From: Catajapyx aquilonaris
Taxonomy: Eukaryota
DNA length: 64,000 bases
NCBI GenBank assembly: GCA_000934665.2
Contig: JYFJ02000741.1
Location: 62,001 to 126,000, forward strand
Direction: 5' to 3'
Below the pieces are notes generated by a model. It was not told the origin of the DNA. It worked only from the letters and a program-made list of their open reading frames with translations, and ran no database searches. How positions within the stretch are numbered: position 1 is the stretch's first letter; every line of letters begins with the position of its first letter. This document shows, piece after piece, positions 1 to 14,300 of the stretch. Both the position numbers and the translations under genes were made by a program.

Positions 1-3000
1 ACTGCTCCTAGTTATTACCTGTTTAATGCAAAATGACGGCGCAATCTGGAGGAGGGAGGAGGTCAGCGTGACCCGGAGGTGTGTGACGTGACCCTTCCCA
101 AAAAAATCAGCTGCTTTTTTTGGGGAGGGTTTGGGGGGTTGTTGGTGGACACCGGAAGGCAGCAGGTTCTTTGGTGGGCCTCTGCTGCCAAGATGTGTGG
201 ACGCCGATGTGAGGTCAGCTGCCTGCTGCTCCTTGCCATGGCACTCGCGATGCCAAAAGGTAAAAATTTGTAACCAATTTGCTACCTTTCATACTTTCAA
301 AAAAATTTGTGTTGAGAGTGGGGTCGAGGAGGGGACGACTAGAGCATTTTTCATCGGGTTGAAGTGTTCGATAAGGTGAGGACAAAATGCATCATGGGTA
401 GAAAATCTGAAGCCGTGTTTAACGTCAGAAAATTGGAAAGGTAATCAATCAGTGATCTGAAAATGATCGATTTCATGCTGGAACGTGGGTACAGCAATAT
501 GAAAATAATGACACGAGTTAGATGGGAGGTTTGCTTTTAAAAGGCGTGAAATGATGTTTTGAAATTCACGTGTGATTAAAATAAATTGATGTTTTAATGA
601 GCAGTTGGGCTTAGGGCATTTGTGGAGTGTTCTTGCCCGATGTTGATCCAGAGGAGTTCAATGTTTGGCCTGCCGTTCATTAAACCGCCTTATTAGGAGT
701 AAGTGTTTTCGCACCGAGTTCTGACCACTTAGGAATGAAGAGACACCCCAAAAATGTTATGCACTTTAAAATGTCAGAGCACAAAAATAATATTTACATA
801 ACTGCAGTGTTAATGAACATACCTGCACACGAAGGAATTATTTACTGCATGCGATTATGGTTTGCCTTGGTGAGAGTCGTGTCATTAATTTGCAGAGCGT
901 TGGCACTATTTCTGCTAAACATTGTTAGTGTAATGTGATTTTGTGTCGTTGGCATAACAAAATTAAAGTCTGATTAACAGAATTAGTGATGCGGATTTTT
1001 TCCATGAATATTACCGGAACTGGTTGGAGTCAGGGCTACATTTCCATTGCAAAACTTAGTTTTCTTTTTTTTCCCATCGAACCGTAAAAAACATCTCATT
1101 TACACATTCTCACGTTGTCAGTTCATATTTAAGTGACCAAGTTCATCAATATTCACAATTTTAGGCCATGCAAAACCGTATTTTGTAGTGTGTTTTACCT
1201 ATACGCTTAAAAATGCCAGCCTTGAATTTTTTTTGCAGATGACTATTCATGAGGCATTAGAGTGACTGAAACCCTCGTAAAATTCTGCGTAGGTTAACTT
1301 TTTGACTTGATAATGAGATTTCCTTCCCTGTTCCATTTATTAAACCTGACGCAAATTTTTTTTACTCCCTATGTGGCATAACGTGTGATGCCATTTAACT
1401 CGAATCTCTGAGGCCTTGTTGGATCTGCTAATTCAGCAAATCCTCTTGAAGCAGGCAACCCGCACTATTTCACTGTCAGGAAGTGGCACAACCCTCACAC
1501 TTCATTGCAAGTATGCCGATATGTCAAAGTTTTTTTGACAACAAACTCATACTCGGGCTGTCTGCCGATTCTGAAGAATCGTCTTGGGATGGTCGTCACT
1601 CGAATGATTTCCTCTGGGATTGAATATGACCAGAACTTTTTTTTTCTCCTTCTCCTTTTTCCCTGTATCCCCTTGTCAGTGGCTGTCTCTCCAGTAGTTC
1701 CTATTTCACTATGTCCCGTCGGCATCCACATTTTTTCGCCTTGATAACAAAACTGCCTGAGAGGTGAAGAAGAAAAAAAAGTCGACTACGAAACACAGGG
1801 GCAAATGTTGACTCTAGAAGATCCGAAAAGAGGTCCTCTGGGGGGGAGGAAAATGTGAATGCTTTCTAAAAAGAGTCTCGGGGTGAGAATCTAGTATAGA
1901 AGAAGAGTAGGAAGTGCCTGCACCTCTTCCCCATGTAAACATTGGGTTTGGCCCATTTCCAAACTCAGAAGCCTTTCCAGCCAGTGTGTCGCAAATCCTA
2001 TCGGGCCAAGGCGGCTCCATAATTCAGGCCCTTTTGGTGGGTTGGGTTTTCTTGCCATTTCTTAACCCGTCTGACCATTCAGCAGACATTTGCGGGTATG
2101 TGCAATTAAAATTTTGTCAGCTTTCAAGCCTTCCTCTAGAGGCGTTGAACAAAACGAGATAGTTAGCTGTAAATTACATGGCGGAAATTATTGACTTGCA
2201 CATTAGTTATAGCATCGTTTTTCGATTCTGCCAACTCATTATGCTATCGAGAGAAACAAATTATCGGTTATTAAATAGCACACATTTCCATACTTAAATT
2301 GAGGTCTGACGTGTTTCTGACATGTTGGGGACTCTAGAAAAAAATGGTGTGGCTACACACGACTGGCCTTGCTTTTGAATTGCCGATGTTATTTGGGGCG
2401 CACATATATATATATTTTCGTTGTATTCATTTACTTCCACTTCAAAGGAACTATTTGCCCCACTTCTTTTTGGGGAGGTTTGAATTCCACATGTGGGCAC
2501 CGTACGCTAACAATCGATTATTGAAGTAGCAGTTGGATCAACTGGAATTTTTTCTGTGTGTGTTTGGCAGGGGCCACTACATATTTGGAAAAATAAATGA
2601 CCAAATAGCTTGTCACAGGCTGTTGGCTCGCTGTGTGCCCTGGTGTATTCGACATTACACCGAAAAAAAATAATAGAACGCAGACCATGATATGAAGGGA
2701 GAATGCTTCCGCTGCCCTGCATATAGTTCAAACTGCACGGATTTTCTATTCAGCACATTTCATTCTGGTTCAGCACAGTAGAATAAGCAATAACCAGTTC
2801 GTATTTGGGCATCGAGCGCAAGCAGAGTTAGATGTGAACGGATCGTGTCAGGCAGTCAATTGATATCGAGCTCACTTTGCCGCTGCTTGACAAATTGCAT
2901 TATTTCACAACAAACGGGTAAATTTCCGGCCAATAACTCATTAAAAGCAGGGGCTTCAATTATTTTGCCCGCATTTGTAAGAGTTGCACTATTGCAGAGC

Positions 3001-6000
3001 TATCGATTATTTTCTCTTTTCGCTCATTTGTTGTTTGGTCTTCCACCTGCCTGGAAGCGCAACTAACTACGTAGCTCCTAGATCCATGTTGTTTACCTGC
3101 GCCTATATATAACGTCACATGACACAGTCCACGCAGATGATTGATGGCCAATTGTGCATCGATTTACCCAACCCCCGGTATTAAAATACCTAACTAACGC
3201 AGGGAAAACTCTTGTTTTCGCGCACATTCCACACTGTTCTCTGCTGAAACTAATTAGAGCAAAGTAAGTCCGGCCATAATCAGTCAACCGTTGTTTAATA
3301 GTTCTTCCAAGCAGGCTCATCAATCACGAGGCTTCACTTAAAGAAATGGAGCAATTTTGCAACTGTGGTAAATGGCCATCGGTTTTTGTCCTGAAAAGAC
3401 ATGTACACTGTATCTCTTTTTCATTGGTGCCTGATCTCTTCTGTGTGCTCCAAACGGGTCTTAATACACTTGTTGAGAGACGAAAAAAGCCAGAGACTCA
3501 ACGAAGCAGAAAATTGAACTAGGTTTTTTTCTGCAGAGAACTAGGCCCGGATTTTTTCTCTCTCTATTCGAGCTCATCCCAGTTTCTGCCCTCGCTTTAA
3601 AAGGACCTCGCAGCTTCCAATTCACTTGGCTCCGATTATCATCTGACTGGAATTGTCCTCTATATGTTTTTGTCCCACGGGGCAAAGTGGGAGACCTGTC
3701 TGTTCGTGACGTTTGCAGCCTCCTATAGGATAAGATAGGGACGGGTTTTTGGCCCCCTTTTCCTTTTGGAGGTGTGCAGGGTCTACTCCTGAGGGATCTT
3801 CCACAGGTCCTTGTAACTCGAGCGAAGAGTCTTACGACGCCATCCACTCCTTCGCACGCTTGCCATTCCCACTGGCAAATGAAGCACCACGACCTGTCCA
3901 AGTGCACTTGGGAAAACCTGCCAGAGTAGTGCAACCTTGACGTTGAAGCCTTTTTGGACAACTCTGGAGGTCCTGACAAAGCACTAGTCGTGAACAGTGC
4001 TGCGGAAAAGTTTTCAAACCTGATTTCTAGCACAGCCGACTGAAAACCTAAGCGGTTGTGCCATAGGGTTGAAAAATGATGCAAACTTTTTGGTGGGGGG
4101 GGGGAGGGGGGCATGAATATTTCCAAGGCGCAAAACTTTAGTGCAAATAGCAAAATCTGGAACGCGATCAGGATTTTTTTTAACGACAGAGTGCGTTTGT
4201 TCAATGAATAATTGAGCGAGATTGTAGAGAACGGGGGCAAATACAACTTGCTCTGAGGTTACTCCTGACTTTTCGTTTTAAATTATGAATGTGCAAGTGC
4301 GGATTACTTGCTACAAGCAGGTCTGTCGCCTTAATCTTCTGTCAATTAAAGATATAAACGACATTTCCTCTTAAAATATATCACCAGTTGGCAGGCATCC
4401 CTCCCCAAGTTTCCTCGACTTTGAAAAGGGCATATGGTGGGAAAGGAAGAGGAAGAGGCAACAAAAGCACCTTATTCTATTGTGCCCTCTCTGGCGGCCT
4501 CTAATTGACTCCGAAGGAGATATTTTGTTGTTCTGTGCAATTGGGGGCTATTCTCCAGAGGCGTATTGTGCAAAGCGACGGGCCTTTTGTTCCATGACGC
4601 TGAATCTGCAACGAGCATCATCTTTCCTGGAAGCTGAATTTGAACTCCTGCAGGCCACGGCGCATGATTCCTCGACTTCAATGATTTTTTGTCGCAATAA
4701 TGCTATGCAAAGACTTTTAGCGAATCGTGCATTAAAAATTAATAAGGATGTTCATTCAATTCAAGAGATAACGTGCAGAAAATATATTTTAAAGTCTTAA
4801 AATATGTGGAGGCCACCAGGGTGTGCTCTACAAGGATGCTGGTTGTAGTCGCGACTTTTCTGAGCTAATTAACATTAATGACCGATAAAGTGTGAGGTTG
4901 GGGCGGGTCCCAAGTGCGGGAATAAAGTCACGACAACTTGATTGGAAGCTAAGTGCGGGTTATGGCCAGGGGGATTACGACCCACCGTTCATCTTTCGAC
5001 CATAACTTGGTGTCACAGGTACACCGAAATCTTCCTCCCAAAACCGTAATTACCGTCTCATCCTGCACTAAAATTTATCGTTATTAAACGTTCCCCCAAT
5101 TGAGATGAGGTTTAAGCAAAGGGGAGGGGGTAGGGGGCTTGGCTTTTATTTTTCTCCGCACTTTAATGGGCTAAACCTGCCACTCGGCAAGATTCGGGCC
5201 TCATTAAACGACAGCCTGTCGGATTTTAGCTATTTCTCGAGTCACCTTGGGCTCGGATCTTTGAAAAATGAAGGGTCTTCGGCTGGAAAGATAAGGATGG
5301 AAACAGCTTACCTTGCAGGATGTCATACTAAATGGACTAGATTTTATGGGAAAGTTTGCCCCTGCATGCCTGAAAACGCAAAGAATTTAATGACGCGGGG
5401 GGAGTTATCAAAAACGATTCATGAGAAAATAATGAAAATTGAAGAGGAAATTGTACAGGTGCAATGCAAATCTATTATTTATTTCTCGCATGTGAATAGT
5501 GTTGAGAAAATGGCGCAGCATTTATGATTATTTCACCGTTTTCAAACCACAGGCTGCATACAATATGTATATCAGAATTAATATTCTCTTAGTGGTCGAC
5601 ACTAGACGTCCAAAGTTCGCCAACAGCAGCATACAGGAGAGCTTTGCATAACCCGAAGCCGCCTGGAGAGATGCCACATACTTCGGGAGTGCACCTTTTT
5701 GCAGTGATATTTGTTTCACAGCTACTAGAGAGCACTATAGGAATCTATATGTGCTCAAGATGCCCGCGGCGTGAGGAACATGAATAAATTACGCGAATTT
5801 TATTTAAAGCCGCAAAACTCTCTCACACGCCCATTGCCGAATTTTCTTCGCTGCTCCAGTCCGTTAGCCTCAAAACTGCGAAAGTGTCGGCTAATGTTAC
5901 ATACGCCTATAACTAAAAACTGCGGATTGCAGTTGTTTCTAATATTGCAACTTTGTATAATTTTGATTTCATGGAAATATTGTTCCAAAATGTCGATTGT

Positions 6001-9000
6001 TTGCTCACGATTCCAGACCAGTTATTATGATTATTGAATCAGTGCCACATTTCGATTTAATGAAAGATACAGTGCAGTTAAAACGGCACCTTTAAATTTC
6101 CTATTTCATTAAGCTGGAGGCCCTTTGGAATGTTAATAGCTTACGAATCTAATCCCATGTAATTTAACAGAGATCAACTGAATCACTGTAAATGGTTTCC
6201 ATCCACATTTTATGTGTTTAAAAAAAATTTATTGCCCTCTGAAATGTCTTCTTGGAAGGGGACGGATTTCATACCATTTCAAAAATTATTTTATCTTAAT
6301 ATTAAATCCTTCGAAATGTTGACAAAAATTGATTTTGCTGTGTCCTGGGTTTACGGATTATATTGGAAATTAGAGGCATAATTGTCTGAACGATTTGTTA
6401 GGCAATTTGAACCTGCAGATTGCATTTCCTTAGGACTAGCTTGTGGAATGTAGACTCATTTAATTCGCTTTAATTCGTCAAGTGTCCTTAATACATCCCA
6501 GCAGTAAACACTCGACACATCAAACGGGGTTTCCCCTTCTGGCCACCACCGGCTGTAATGTCCCCAAGCCCCAGACACAATTGAGACCGCCGCACAAACA
6601 AGGAATTCGCCAATAGGGCATTTGCAGTGCTGATGGATTATGCCGGAATCCGGGTTGCCCCCGATAGCACCAAGGAACATATATGCGAGCACGGAACATG
6701 CCCTAGAAATGAAGGGTGGCGGTTTTCGCACACCTCATACTCCCCACCCAATTTTTTTTCATCCTGCAAATTTTGAAGGACTTGATGAATTCCGGTTTCA
6801 TCATTGATGAAATCTGGACTTTTCCTGCAGCCTCCGGGTCCAGTATATTGTTTCGGACTCCCGGAGTTGATTCCACAAACCATATACGGGCCAGCCTTTT
6901 TTTCAATATCGATGCTGGCGTGAACTATTGTTGGTGTGGGAGGTTGCGGCAGACCAAGTGCAAAAATGGAGACTTTTTTTGGGGCCCCGTATGGTCCGGA
7001 GGGAAAATTTTGGATCTCCCTGGGGTTACATTTGGGGGGGGGGGGGGGTTATATTTCTCGCAAGAAATTACACTGCAGGGGATGAATGGATGCGTGACAT
7101 GCATTAGTACTTTCGCTTTCACAGCAGCTTTTTTTTATGGTGAGGTTTTGCACCCAGTATCCTGCACCTTCGGTGGTTGGCGAGCCCCGGAATTTGTCCA
7201 TTCATCAAACGGCCCCCTATGGCAGTGCTCATTCGAACAGGGAACAATTTGTTCTCTTTTTGGAGCTCAAATTAGCTGCGGTTTTTGCTAAACGTCAGAG
7301 TCTCCTTAGGAAAATCAGTCAGCTAAACCTTGTTATGAGAAAGTGATAAATGAAAAAAGGTGTGCGTTGGGGTGCAACGCTTTGTCTTCCTACATTTGAC
7401 GGACTGGTTTTTTTTACCAATCATGTTATGAATGTGTGGTCCCATGTGCAAGCCATGTAACCATCAATTTTGCGTGCAGATTGATAGGTAAGCTGTTCAC
7501 ATCTCACCCAACGATGCAGATTTCAGGCTAAAACTGGCATTTTCATAGTCCCAAAAGCCAGTGCATGTTGTGCCCTCTGAATCTTCTGACCAACATTATT
7601 TTCTGCATTGAAAACATTTTTAAATGTGTTTATTATGCTAAACATGCTATCATTTTAAAAGTAGACTGTATTTGTCCAAAGGCCAGTCAGCCTTCACAGG
7701 TAAATAAATAAAAATACAACATGTTTTCGAATTTAAGCAAAATAATGAGAAATTACTATTAGTAAGGTAGTTCAGTACTTTGAATAGTAACAGTGAATTT
7801 TTTAACGCCCATGCAGCTTACAGTTAAATCAAGATATATATGCTGCTTGTTGCGATAAACTACGGTGCTTTAATCCGTCTTAGATGGATTAAATTGAGAG
7901 CTTAACGCATTTTTATAGCCCTAGTGTCTTCGAATATTCAAGGCTCGACCCCGGCTTTTCCACGGGTTTCCATCGTCGAGATTGAATTTTGTGAGTGCAA
8001 GCACTTAATTTGCTTTATTTCTAATCCATACTGTCCAAATCTGTTCCGTGCCATATTTATGTCCTTTTAAGTGTCACTGGAACACTGGGAGTTTTAATGG
8101 GTAATTGCGTCGGATGACAGTGAAGCGTCGGCGTGGAATCTGGGTCAGAAAACGGGTTCTAGGAAGTTGGCTAGGAAGCTAGAAATTATTTCCGATAGCG
8201 GTTAACAAGTACATTACTTAGCAACAATCGCCTTCAAATTTCAGCATCTTAAAAAAAAAAGAAATAGGATTTTCTTGATTGAGGACGCCAAAGGAAGCTT
8301 CATTAGTCCGCATCGCTAATAAAGTTTCACTGCCTAGAGCAAACTCTTCAGCAGCAGCAATTAGGCATTCCTTTTTTTCAACTCTTTCCAAATGGCATGC
8401 ATAAGAATTAGTCAAAAAAGTTGGCAGAGCCAGCTACTCTTTTTAGGTCCTCTTTACTCCCCCCAAAAATGCGCGACAGCCAGGGATCGTTACCGGACTC
8501 GAAATTAAACGCTGGACAAAGTACAGCAGATCAGCTGTGGATTGTGCGAGTACGTAGTACAACCCTGGAAAAAATCCTGTCCGGATTTGTCAGCTGTCAC
8601 TGCTTTACTAACGAGGAAAACTGGCGACTGCTCATCGAACTAGTGCTGACTGGACTGCTGAATTGGCAGAAAGAGACTTTCCAACCGTGATTCTAACACC
8701 TCCAGTTTCCATTTAATTCTGACTGTAAGATGGGAGTGCATGATAACTGATGGTCCAATTTCCCCATCCCATAATTATTTTTTTCTTTCTAGTGCTCTCG
8801 CTACTTCCTTGCGCCTTCTGGGTGGGTTCAGATGGCTGCATATAACGAACGATGTAAATTTTAGTTTTCAAGTAAAAAGAAGTGCCTACTTTAAATTTGT
8901 CTTTTTGCATTTTTTTGAATGCAAAAAAGAAATATCTAATCACACGCATTAATTGGCAATTTAAGTGACTAGGTGACATGAGCGGAGGGAATTTCGAATA

Positions 9001-11086
9001 GTTTTAGCGGTGATAGAAGAGCCTTCACAGAGTAAGGGAATTTCAGGGAGGAAGCAACGGGGCGAAGTGGTGGCAACTTTTCGCATTAGTGCCCACCTAA
9101 CTTCTGGTGCTGCTAATTAGGCTTCTTTAAAGCCTCCAGATAAACAGGGCGAATGTGAATGAGCGCAAGAGTATACACCATGGAAGACTCGTGTAACATA
9201 TATATATTTCGGGAGCCAGGGTTGCTTGAACTTATAAAATTTGATGCTTTTTTCGGGTCGTATCCGAATAACGGCGGTTTGATGATGTGTGAGAGAATTC
9301 TCTGGAGTCTCCAGGGCACGAGTCGAACCCCGGATAGAAAAGCGAGTTGTTTTTACGTCTCCAGAAATGCAAGATTCAATCGGAATGGAGAATGCAAAAA
9401 AAACTATCCCCTGTGCCGGCATTCTGGGAAATCAGGAAGAGATCCAATTTCAGCAGAGGTCGAGAGCTTTTTGCTTTCCTGGAGTTCAAAATGTGACAAG
9501 GAAGTGTGTCCCCTGGATATTTTGCATTATTTGTGACACCGCAGTGTACCCGGGTTCACCTCCCATTCACACACGGACTGAAATTTGCAGCAGGTTTGGC
9601 AGTAATCGTGCCATCAACATCAATTCATTATAATGGTTGCCATGTGGTGTGACCATCCAAAATGTACATTCAAAAAAATATATGTAGTTGAACAAATCAA
9701 AATAATGTTCCATTTTTTGTGATTGATTCCATGCATTTAATGGCGGTCACAAACGGCTTCTCCTATAATGGCGGTTTTTCCGATGAAGAATCGGCCCTCA
9801 TCTTTGTTGCTTGTCCAACATCAGGCAACCTCAGCATTCTGGGGTTAGTGCACGCCCAATTTATCTGTAATGGTAAAGTCGATAACGTGGTGCGATTTGT
9901 GGGGGGATGTAGTTTAATTAGTCTGATTCCTCATTGTCAACTCTAACGCGAATTGATTCATCGCGGACACTTTTTTCCAACATGGTGTGATCCAAATTTT
10001 TCCACCTGTTGGGAGTAACTTCAGCTGAAATCAGGACACGTAGGCATTTCGTGACGAATTGATTGAGCTTCCTAAAGGCAGCCGCAATTCCAAAAAAAAA
10101 TCTGACTGGAAATTGTTACCTTACGACGCCTTTTTTGAGGCAGGATTTCCAGTCTGGCGCCGATCCCGAAGGAATCCAAAGAGGCTTATTTCCTTCGTCC
10201 GATGTAGCCAAAAGAAGACGTGACACGTGGTAGTAATTTTTCGCGATTTTGCCAGTTTTTTTTCTCCTCCCAAAAATTATCGTCCGCTTTTTATCTCTCT
10301 ACGGGCGCTGTCTTGATGATAGCGTGTGGCAATGGGTTTTCTAGTTAGCCCCGTTAAATGAGACAGCTGATTTACAACGTGCCCGCAAGAAAAGTGCTCA
10401 TTAAGACCCCCCTCAGACTTTGCGGATTTTATAGCTGCAGGTGTACATTAAACGGAGATAAAGACGAATAAGAGACTTTCCATGCATTTGGGAAACATGA
10501 GCCCTAATAAGTGCTTCGTTTGATCACCTTAAGGCGATAGCATTTTTAGGTAAAGGGAAAAGTACAAACTTGCTGAATTCAGCCTGGTGTACATAACTGG
10601 GTTTGTTCTTTTGAAATGAATTGCAGTCCACCTATATGTCTCCAGCGGCCCGAAATATTGGTTTCATGGTCCACTTTATTCTCGAATTGAAGGCCCCTTT
10701 TTTTAGAAAGGCAACATTGAGAGGAGATTTTCCGTATATGGACAAAAAAAAACTGAGAGGGCGGTTAGTGGCTATAGGAAACTCCTAAAGCAAGCCGAGC
10801 CTGGCCTGACCGTGATGGAATTCGGAGAGTCGTAGTCGGTTGGAAAATGCGGGACTTGAAGGTCCGAGCGTGGCAAGCATGGCTATCCTGTTATGGATAC
10901 AACCTGCATTCGCCATGGCGAGTTTAGCCGCTGATGAGTCTGCTGTGATACCTACATACAGAAGCAAAAGCGTCTGGTCGAATCTGCTCGTCCTTTGTGC
11001 ATTTTTCACGATTTTCTCATAAGGAAATAATGTCAATTTGTGAAAATAGGGGTATGATGCGCTTTGATCGTCTCTAATTTGAATTA

Positions 11087-11335
11087 AGGTGAAGTGGGGT
11101 AAGTGCATACACGGGGTAAGTGCATACACGGGGTAAGTGCATGCACGGGGTAAGTGCATAAACTGGCCTCCATATCGGAATGAAAGTGGCTGACATGCTC
11201 ACCTCTTGTGGGGATGTGATATGCAGCTACACAAAAGAGTGCCTGACGTGCTTTGGTGTCGTCAGTCATTTTCATTCCAATATGGCGGCCCCGTGTATTC
11301 ACTTACCCCGTGTATGCACTTACCCTACTTCACCT
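11087..11335. mobile_element. Non-autonomous TIR DNA transposon (MITE/foldback-like), 249 bp, with modular TIRs
   Basis: Left end TA|AGGTGAAGT then 4 copies of the 17-mer GGGGTAAGTGCATACAC (11096-11163). Right end has 2 inverted copies of the 17-mer then ACTTCACCT|TA. An inner 30-bp arm GGCCTCCATATCGGAATGAAAGTGGCTGAC matches the reverse complement of 11261-11290 at 26/30. TA flanks both ends (11085-86, 11336-37). No coding capacity. Confidence 0.9.
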
Positions 11336-14300
11336 TATATTATATATAAGTGTCCCATAAATTATTGGTCGTCATTAAAATTACTAGAAATTGGGATTGA
11401 TAACATAGTGGATGATATAACGGTTTGCATGCATGCCTTTCCATTACAAGCCATTGAGTTAACACTGTACAGTATTTCATAGGCTGACATTGTCAAGTAG
11501 TTTTATCCGCTTCACTCTCTAGGAATGATACTGTTGAAAAATTAATTTGTTAAATGCTCGATTAGCATGTATCAGTGGTCTGAACAACCCTTCACTAGAG
11601 GGTAGGCTAATCACTCCCGAACCCTAAAAGCACTCACACCAACAAAACGTGCATAATGACTCCAAACAGCACCTGAATTTGAAAGAAATCGGCCCATGCA
11701 ACCTTGGAATGCCTTAAATGCCATCAACATGTGCCTGAAGGACCATAAACGATTCCTCCCCCAAAGTTAGACTCTCCAACGGGATTTAAACTTTTGAGAG
11801 TCGCCATTGCGGCCAGGCCTCCACTCTTGAACAACGCACCTTTTCCCTCCAAACTAAACCGCTGGGTCCAAAACGAACGAAGAGAAAGAGGGCTAAGCAG
11901 AGCTGCGGACCCACCCCCGCAATTACCAAATCAGTTTGGCAGCGATTCTGTTAAGTGGATCGGTCTGGTGCGAGAAAAGCGAGTCCCCTCCCCAAAAGAA
12001 GCGGGCGATTTGAATGCGAATGAGTCCCCAAGCTTGGGTAGGAGCTACGGAGGCTTCAGGTCCCTTCAGAGTCGTTGAGTTGCGGCCCAGGAGCCAAGGA
12101 AAATGTTGCGTCAAAAGAAACCGCTCCCAAAGGTGCTCTTCTCCGCTTTGGGAGAGAAGGAGGCAAACTGTATACAGGAAGGGGAAAAAAACTGTACCTT
12201 GCACCAAGGCAGATGAATAGGCGGCCGGGGATAATGAACACACTTTGGGTTTTTAGGATTAATGGCGGGGCATCCCTCCGGTGCTTAATTGGTGCTTGGG
12301 ACAGACCAAATGGCACTAATTAAAAGGCGCGGGGTTATAGTGCTTTCCGATTTGCCAGTTGGGAAGAAACTGCCACCTCAGACAATGCTAGTGGTCGTTT
12401 TGCTAACTATATGTCAAGGCAGGAGGTGAAAATATTTTTAAACAAAAGTCGTTAGTCAGCAACAATTCAACAACTGATGATTTCGCCACCACAGGGTCTG
12501 CCCATAAAAACATTATTAAAAAGCGCGAAATTGGCAGCAAATCAAATTATCGTTTACATTGTAGAGTAACTGCAGGGGCAAGTGCCTGAAAATGATTTTG
12601 TTTTGCAAATGTTCCGGGATTAACCTCGATTTTGAATCAAGCCTTCATAAAACGGGGTTTGATAGGTTGACTGCAGCAAATATTTTCCGTTGCCGCAAAT
12701 CCGATTTGATCTCGTCATGAATGGTTACCGTGAAACCATTACTAATAAGCATAATTCATGTAGCGTAATTGGGCCTCTGGTGGTACCCGATTTTGTCAGC
12801 GTTGTACATAATAATAATAATGGAGCCACCCAAAAATTTCACTTCACGCTGGGAGCGATGTATTCTCTCTACACTAGGTGGAAAGAGTTACTCTTTACAT
12901 GCTAGATCCTGTCAGTACTCATGTAACATAGAATTGACTAGGCGAGACTGTGTCTATCCACGGTGACCGATCATCAACGTGCATGTAGCACTACTTTCCA
13001 CCTGAGAGCGGCAGTAGTGTACAGAGCCTGGGCGCCACCTGTTAGTGTCATTTCGTACTACATCCAAGTGGGGCAGTATTGCCAAGTTTTGTAATGAGGG
13101 ACAAAATAATTGTATTATGGCTGCAAATGAATGTGTACGAGCGATATAGTACATAACAAAGCGTATGGCTTTGCATAGCATTGGGTGGTAAACGGGGCAA
13201 GGTTCAAACTTAATGGTCCTGATATTCGGTGTACATACCGTACATAACACCGAGCCTTCCCCCAGTGGCACCATTTGTCAAAGGGCCGCAGTCAAGTGGC
13301 GGCCTCGCTAGATAGAGAGCGAGCCAACCGAGCTATCTCCCAAGAATGTGATTGAATCGTGTGAACTACCCCGGATGTTTTGGATGGGGCGGAGGGGGCG
13401 CGTTGCCGCCAGATTACCGCCCCCCACTTGGGCCCCCCCACGACTCATTTTCCTTCTCCCGGAAGCCCCTCGCAGCTTAATCTCCTTTGCGCTTCCGTGC
13501 CCCCTCGCAACATTTTATTTTTTAAACTGAAACCAGTAATGTTGTCGGGTAATGGCGGCCTAGGCGCAGCTGAGACAGGGTCTCCCAATTTGTGTTTTAA
13601 AGGTTCCTACACGCAAATATTGTCACTATCCCGGCCAAGCTTAGGACTCGGATAGGGCTTTACCCAGAATCGACCAGGAGACAAGCCCAAATGAGAGGCC
13701 CTTGTTTTTTTGGGATGGGAGTAAAGGCTCTTTAAGGTTTTAATTATCGCTAAACTAATTTACAGCCTCGGGTAATGAAGGGTTGGCGGGAAAATGTGGT
13801 CCTGATGCGATCGTGACATACGACAGGCTTTCGGCTGGAATGGACCTGAAGCTGAGGTTGAACACTGCTAGAACTGGATAAGAACTTAATGAAAGCCAAA
13901 AGTACAGGGTGTGGCAGAACTCTGTCGTTGGCAATAAAAGAAAACCTTGAGTGCTTGTGAAATAAGTGCGGCCAAGACCTTTCGTAGAGTGGTACAAACA
14001 GTGTATATCGGATTGGTGAATGGTCCAACCCATCTCCTGGAGATGACGACCACTCCAGGAAAGATTCTTCCATTTGAGCAGCCGCATTTCTCTTTTATGG
14101 GGAGCGTGTCAGAAGGAAGGCCACGTGGAGCACTTCAGATTGTGGCTATGGCTCTTGGAAGAAGAAGAAAAAAATGGCGACTGAAAAAAATAGCGGTGCG
14201 ATTGGCAGCGTTATCTGCTTGCTGATCCGTGACCACAATGGAGTGCCGATGGCTCAAGCTTTGCACATAATGACCAGGGAGGATTTTCAACCGAGGAAGA

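Noticed and set aside
7470..7705. TAG|GTAAGC (7488) and CAG|GTAAAT (7700) as ratchet points
   Set aside because: Competing AGs lie within 10-20 nt upstream and the pyrimidine tracts are poor.
11096..11163. 17-bp direct repeats as a possible CRISPR array or iterons
   Set aside because: No spacers, and the units are mirrored at the other end of a TIR element.
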